From positions 64,001 through 128,000 of IMG/VR virus record IMGVR_UViG_2724679183_000002: a DNA stretch of 64,000 nucleotides, one strand, 5' to 3'. A program made the position numbers and the translations under genes. This stretch comes from a virus (Duplodnaviria > Caudoviricetes). Every line of letters begins with the position of its first letter. Position 1 is the stretch's first letter. Under the pieces are notes generated by a model. The model was not told the DNA's origin. It did no database searches and worked only from the letters and a program-made list of their open reading frames with translations. This document shows, piece after piece, positions 59,677 through 64,000 of the stretch.

Positions 59677-61650
59677 TTGACAAAAATTTATGACGCAGCA
59701 AACTGGTCAAAGCATGAAGATGATTTCACCCAAATGTTTTACAACCAAAATGTGAAGCAGTTCTGGCTTCCGGAAGAGATCGCATTAAACGGCGATCTCC
59801 TCACTTGGAAATACTTAGGAAAAAATGAGCAGGACACGTACATGAAGGTGCTTGCCGGCCTGACGCTGCTTGATACAGAGCAGGGAAACACGGGCATGCC
59901 GATTGTGGCCGAACATGTAGAAGGCCACCAGCGCAAAGCTGTGCTTAATTTTATGGCGATGATGGAAAACGCGGTGCATGCAAAGTCATACTCGAATATC
60001 TTTCTAACATTAGCCCCGACTGAAACAATCAATGAAGTCTTCGAATGGGTTAAAAACAATAAGTTTCTGCAAAAGAAAGCAAGAACAATTGTTTCAATCT
60101 ATAGATCAATTGAGAAAAACGATGACATTTCATTATTTAAAGCAATGGTTGCATCTGTGTTTCTGGAGAGCTTCTTGTTTTACTCAGGGTTTTACTATCC
60201 ACTCTACTTTTATGGACAAGGAAAGCTCATGCAAAGTGGTGAAATCATCAACTTGATTATACGTGATGAAGCCATTAAGTGCTAGTGGCATTTAGCAGTA
60301 ATGTTAAATGAAAACCTATCTAAAAAGGGGAAGTCTTATTTGATAAGATAATCCTTTGCTAAATTCTAATCATCATTTAATTATATTTTTAGGAGTGTTG
60401 CCTTGTATTATGTCTATATGATAATGAATAAGCAAAATAAGAAGATTTATATCGGTTTAACAAAAAACGTTAACAACGCTGACGATAGATTTAAACAGCA
60501 TATGCGCTATTTAAAGGGGAACTACCATCATAATCATAAAATGCAAAGAGACTTTAATTTGCATAAATGCTCGGATATTTACACACATCGCTTATTATGC
60601 AAATGTTCTAGCATCAAACTTGCTGAAAATATGGAGAGGTTTTTCATTTCATTTTATAACAGTAAATATTGTGGATTTAATCTAAATGATGGAGGACTCT
60701 CTAATAGAGGTTACAAGCAATCTGATTATGCAAAAAAGGTTGCAAGTGAAGTTCACTCTAAGCTAATTGGTGAAAAGAATCCTTTCTTTGGAAGACGTCA
60801 TTCTGAGAAAACGAAAATGATCATTTCTAAAAAGAATAAAGGAAGAAACAAAGGTATCCCTAAGAGCGATAGTCATATAAAGAAAATGATTGAAAATCAT
60901 GCTAGAGCAAAAAAAGTCTTTGTTAGCGGTCAAATTTACAGCAGTTGTTCGCAAGCTCAATTACATACAGGTATAGATAGAAAGAAAATATCAAAGCTTG
61001 CAACAGATGATTCAGTAACAAACATATACTTTGTAAAATAAAAATGAATGATGATTAGATAAATGCTCAACGACTATTCCATTGGCGGTGGAATTCCGCA
61101 ACAGAAGTAGGGCGCAAGTGATTGGCGTGGGTGAAAACCCCTTAAATCGAAACGGTAGGAATCCTAAATTAGGATTGTGATATAGTCTGCTCTGCATGGT
61201 GACATGTAGCTGTGGTTAGTCCACGCTTTAAGTATAGCGAACTTAAAGGAACATCAAGGACACGGCGTTTACATCGGTTTATTAGCTCAGGAGGTTTATA
61301 AAAATCAAACACCAGAGAAGCAAAAAGAACTGTATGTATGGGCTTTAAGCTTGCTGCAGGAGCTTTATGAAAATGAATTAGAGTATACAGAAGATGTTTA
61401 TGATCAGGTCGGCTTAGCTACAGATGTAAAGAAATTCATCAGATACAACGCAAATAAAGCTTTAAATAACCTGGGATTTGATCATCTGTTTGGGGAAGAG
61501 GATGTTAATCCGATTGTTATTAATGGGCTGAGTACTAAGACCAAGTCCTTTGATTTCTTTTCATTAAAGGGGAATGGATACAAAAAAGCAACTGTTGAGC
61601 CATTAAAGGATTCTGATTTCATTTTCGATAACAAAGGAGCTATTTCATGA
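59677..61650 (+). CDS. nrdF: Class Ib ribonucleotide reductase beta subunit, spliced from exons 59677-60275 and 61260-61650 (329 aa)
   Basis: [24 protein letters not shown]; RDEAIHGVY restored across the junction (GCC AT|A CAC). Confidence 0.95.
60276..61259 (+). mobile_element. Group I intron (984 nt) in nrdF
   Basis: P1 GCCAT|...GTGGC with U.G; CAACGACTA/GATATAGTC; terminal G at 61259. Confidence 0.9.
60403..61041 (+). CDS. Intron-encoded GIY-YIG homing endonuclease with NUMOD3 repeats
   Basis: YVYMIMN...[28 protein letters not shown]. Confidence 0.88.
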   Translation: MYYVYMIMNKQNKKIYIGLTKNVNNADDRFKQHMRYLKGNYHHNHKMQRDFNLHKCSDIYTHRLLCKCSSIKLAENMERFFISFYNSKYCGFNLNDGGLSNRGYKQSDYAKKVASEVHSKLIGEKNPFFGRRHSEKTKMIISKKNKGRNKGIPKSDSHIKKMIENHARAKKVFVSGQIYSSCSQAQLHTGIDRKKISKLATDDSVTNIYFVK

Positions 61651-61889
61651 AACTAATTAAATTAGAGCAACCGAATTGTAACCCCTGCAAAATGGTATCC
61701 AATTACTTAAATCAGGCAGGAGTTGAATATGAGACAGTTGATGTTACACAGAATCCTGATGTAGGGGCGCAATTTGAGGTGATGGGAGTGCCAGTAACTA
61801 TCTTACTTAATGAGCAAGGGGAGGAAATAAAACGAAGTATTGGTTTTAAACCTGAAGAACTTGATGAGTTGTTAAAGGAATTACAATAA
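61647..61889 (+). CDS. yosR: NrdH/thioredoxin-like redoxin
   Basis: CNPC active site, VPV, GFKP. Confidence 0.9.
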   Translation: MKLIKLEQPNCNPCKMVSNYLNQAGVEYETVDVTQNPDVGAQFEVMGVPVTILLNEQGEEIKRSIGFKPEELDELLKELQ

Positions 61890-62120
61890 AAGGAGGGCTA
61901 AGCATATTCGGTTGGAGTTTTAACGGGCTTTTATGGCGGAAGTACATTTTGTTGTTAATTTTTTTAGTTACTATAATACCCTTATTGGTATTTGATTGGA
62001 TAACCTTTTTTAAGATAAAGCATATAGACAGGATTATTCAACGGTATTCAGATTGGGCAGTATATTTAATTTTTGGATAGAAGATGTTTTACATATTAAA
62101 AACAAAAGGAGCTAATACAT

Positions 62121-62555
62121 ATGACAATGCAAATTAAAATTAAATACGCAGATGAAACACAAACCAGAATTAGCAAAATTGAACAGGGTGATTGGATTGA
62201 TCTACGGGTAGCTGAAGATGTAACAATTAAAAAAGATGAGTTCAAACTTATTCCGCTAGGAGTTGCGATGGAGCTACCAGAAGGCTATGAAGCCCATGTT
62301 TTGCCGCGTTCAAGTACATTCAAAAACTTTGGCATCATTGAAACAAACTCAATGGGAGTTATTGATGAATCATATAAAGGAGACAATGATTTCTGGTTCT
62401 TTCCTGCTTATGCATTACGTGATACAGAAGTTAAAAAAGGGGAGCGTATCTGTCAGTTCAGAATCATGAAGAAGATGCCAGCAGTTGAATTGATTGAGGT
62501 AGATCATCTAGGCAACGATAACCGAGGTGGTCACGGATCGACTGGAACTAAGTAA
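62121..62555 (+). CDS. yosS: Trimeric dUTPase (intact)
   Basis: [30 protein letters not shown]. Confidence 0.93.
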   Translation: MTMQIKIKYADETQTRISKIEQGDWIDLRVAEDVTIKKDEFKLIPLGVAMELPEGYEAHVLPRSSTFKNFGIIETNSMGVIDESYKGDNDFWFFPAYALRDTEVKKGERICQFRIMKKMPAVELIEVDHLGNDNRGGHGSTGTK

Positions 62556-62822
62556 TACAAGCCCTGGCTTTGATCTTGATGTGAAACTGTCCAGTGAAGG
62601 GTCACAGCCAGGGTACAACTTAAAATACTCGAAAATTTTAACAAATATACCTGCAAAGGACTTGCTTGATGAAAAAAAGATTACGTAAAAAGGCGTGGAA
62701 GACAGGGAATACGAAACATGGTGAATTCATGTTTAATGTAGTTGATAAAGTAAGTGCAGATGGCAATGTGTATTATCCAAAAGGACACTATCATGTTGAC
62801 AGGAAAGGGGATATGTACAAGT

Positions 62823-62984
62823 TTAAAATTTAGAAAAAAGCGAAATTGTGATGGCTAAAGTTGACAAAGAACTTAAGGATATCAAAGAAATCATTTTTCG
62901 GTTACTTTGCTTTTTTGAAGGTTTACTTAGTTCATGGATGACTGCACCCCATAAAAGCATGGATGCTAAAATGATAATACTCAT
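62823..62984 (-). CDS. 53-aa small membrane protein
   Basis: AAAGGAG RBS; MSIIILASMLLWGAVIHELSKPSKKQ. Confidence 0.45.
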   Translation of the reverse strand: MSIIILASMLLWGAVIHELSKPSKKQSNRKMISLISLSSLSTLAITISLFSKF

Positions 62985-63327
62985 ATCTAACGATACTCCT
63001 TTACTTGTTTTTTTAAAACTTTACCACATATAGGATAGAGATGTCGATGAAATGAACATCTCTATAAAAGAAGACTTTTATCTAAAACAATAAGGAGGAA
63101 AAAGATCATAAACAATAACAGTTATAAAGATTTGCAAGCAAAATATGACGACATGCTCTTCAGGAATGGTCTGTGTTTAGGATTTATTCAAAAACATGGG
63201 CTTGAAGATGTGTTTTTGGAGCATATGAAACAAGTTGCAGCTTATGAAGAAGACCAAAGGTATAGAGTTGCAGCAGTTAATTTTTTGAGTTTATTAGAAT
63301 CAAATTAAAACAAAAAGGGGTAAAAAT

Positions 63328-63594
63328 ATGGAGAATACTTATCGTTATTATAAATTAAACAAAGAACTACAGGCTGTAAAAGTTGTCTCTGGATTGCTTC
63401 CCAAAGAAAGCGAAGCTTATAGAGAACTGATTAAAATTGAAATTGGAATTTTAGAGGAAAAGAGAGATATTCTTAATGGCAAAGAAAAAATGAACAAACT
63501 GGATCAGGAACAAACAACAGACCTGGGAAGACAGCTAACAGATAAGTTCGCTGAAGTTTTAGAAATTGTTGAAAGGATTAGCCATCATGGATAA
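63328..63594 (+). CDS. Hypothetical phage protein
   Basis: AAGGGG RBS. Confidence 0.55.
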   Translation: MENTYRYYKLNKELQAVKVVSGLLPKESEAYRELIKIEIGILEEKRDILNGKEKMNKLDQEQTTDLGRQLTDKFAEVLEIVERISHHG

Positions 63595-63886
63595 ACACAT
63601 AGAGAAAATAAAAGCTCATCTAAAAGGAATAAACGACCTTCAACAGGGTCTCAAACTTTTCAATGAAGATGAAGAAGAATATATAAGCTTATTAGCTAAG
63701 ATTCAGGAGCAGTTTTATTTTATATCCGACGAAGCAATGGAGGTCTTTAAAGAACTAACATTACAAATAAGAAATACAGGTCAGAAAAGAATTAAACGGG
63801 GAATTGATCAGCTGCCTCACACAATCAAAGAAAGTGTAAGTGAAGAAATCAAAAACATGAAGAGAGCCGGAGAGTTGTTTGATTAG
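63566..63886 (+). CDS. Hypothetical coiled-coil phage protein
   Basis: ORF track. Confidence 0.55.
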   Translation: MLKGLAIMDKHIEKIKAHLKGINDLQQGLKLFNEDEEEYISLLAKIQEQFYFISDEAMEVFKELTLQIRNTGQKRIKRGIDQLPHTIKESVSEEIKNMKRAGELFD

Positions 63887-64000
63887 TTATAATTATTTAT
63901 AGAATAAAAATAAAATAAGGAGATGTATTAGGATTACATACTTTACGTTATTACTTGCAGCATACTTATTTGCACTAAACATTAATGAAATTAGATTAAC

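Larger units (their letters stand above)
5570..63080. repeat. Dispersed palindromic gene-boundary site TRAAA-N6-TTTYA (25 exact copies counted by eye)
   Basis: 16-bp sites starting at 5570, 6678, 6997, 8268, 11118, 11769, 12068, 15477, 23290, 24861, 26433, 27199, 27651, 29249, 31912, 33109, 33310, 36339, 50654, 51655, 52467, 54116, 54472, 56083, 63065; one-mismatch variants at 9525, 11494, 12344, 14269, 49229. Confidence 0.85.
1..64000. mobile_element. Internal segment of an SPbeta-like Bacillus temperate phage/prophage (early, replication and nucleotide-metabolism regions)
   Basis: Gene order yonV...yopJ-aimR-aimP-yopM-R-yopS/T...ligB-yoqW-pghZ-yorA-yorC-yorE..S-yosA..yosL-nrdI-E-F-yosR-yosS follows SPbeta; low GC and many short ORFs. 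Confidence 0.97.

Noticed and set aside
330-61197. Many reverse-strand or alternate-frame ORFs in the track (e.g. 1242-1742, 19152-19466, 44746-45291, 59739-60059)
   Set aside because: They overlap well-supported genes and lack RBS or recognisable motifs, so they are treated as shadow ORFs.
46616-61259. pol, nrdE and nrdF as broken pseudogenes
   Set aside because: Each break is explained by a group I intron whose removal restores the frame and the conserved motifs.
28349-62595. 12-bp repeat AAACTGTCCAGT downstream of both trimeric dut genes
   Set aside because: Only two short copies with different flanks; cannot be told apart from chance.
5570-63080. TRAAA-N6-TTTYA sites as intrinsic terminators
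   Set aside because: A 5-6 bp almost all-A/U stem is too weak, and genuine GC-rich terminators occur separately next to some sites (e.g. 26382-26413 beside 26433).
51190-63308. Frames with an RBS but ATC/ATA starts (about 51201-51383 and 63107-63308)
   Set aside because: They could be non-canonical starts or decayed start codons; the evidence is too weak to call.
1-64000. CRISPR array, tRNA or rRNA genes
   Set aside because: No regularly spaced repeat-spacer array, cloverleaf or rRNA sequence was seen; the dispersed 16-bp site is separated by whole genes.

Overview
The whole window lies inside a Bacillus SPbeta-like (Spbetavirus-type) temperate phage or prophage, covering the early, regulatory, replication and nucleotide-metabolism regions from yonV to about yosW; no att site or structural genes are present. 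It contains a complete arbitrium locus (aimR, aimP with mature peptide GMPRGA), the sroA-F (yopM-R) repression operon, ligB/yoqW, pghZ/yorA and a yorE-K replication operon ending in a family A DNA polymerase. It also has nrdI-nrdE-nrdF-nrdH, three dUTPase genes, three group I introns (pol with an HNH endonuclease; nrdE with no ORF; nrdF with a GIY-YIG endonuclease), a SEFIR/TIR defence gene, the anti-Gabija gene gad1, an orphan RnlB/LsoB-like antitoxin pseudogene and the MazE mimic yosL. The most unexplained signal is a 16-bp palindromic site with a variable 6-bp core, TRAAA-N6-TTTYA. I counted 25 exact copies by eye, nearly all at accessory-gene boundaries, typically just after a stop codon and ahead of the next RBS, and saw none at the gene junctions inside the conserved sro, yorE-pol and nrd operons. 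This suggests an integron-like gene-cassette system, and the near-intact tyrosine recombinase YopP/SroD is a candidate enzyme. Gene names come from recalled similarity to SPbeta/phi3T proteins and from synteny; no database search was run.
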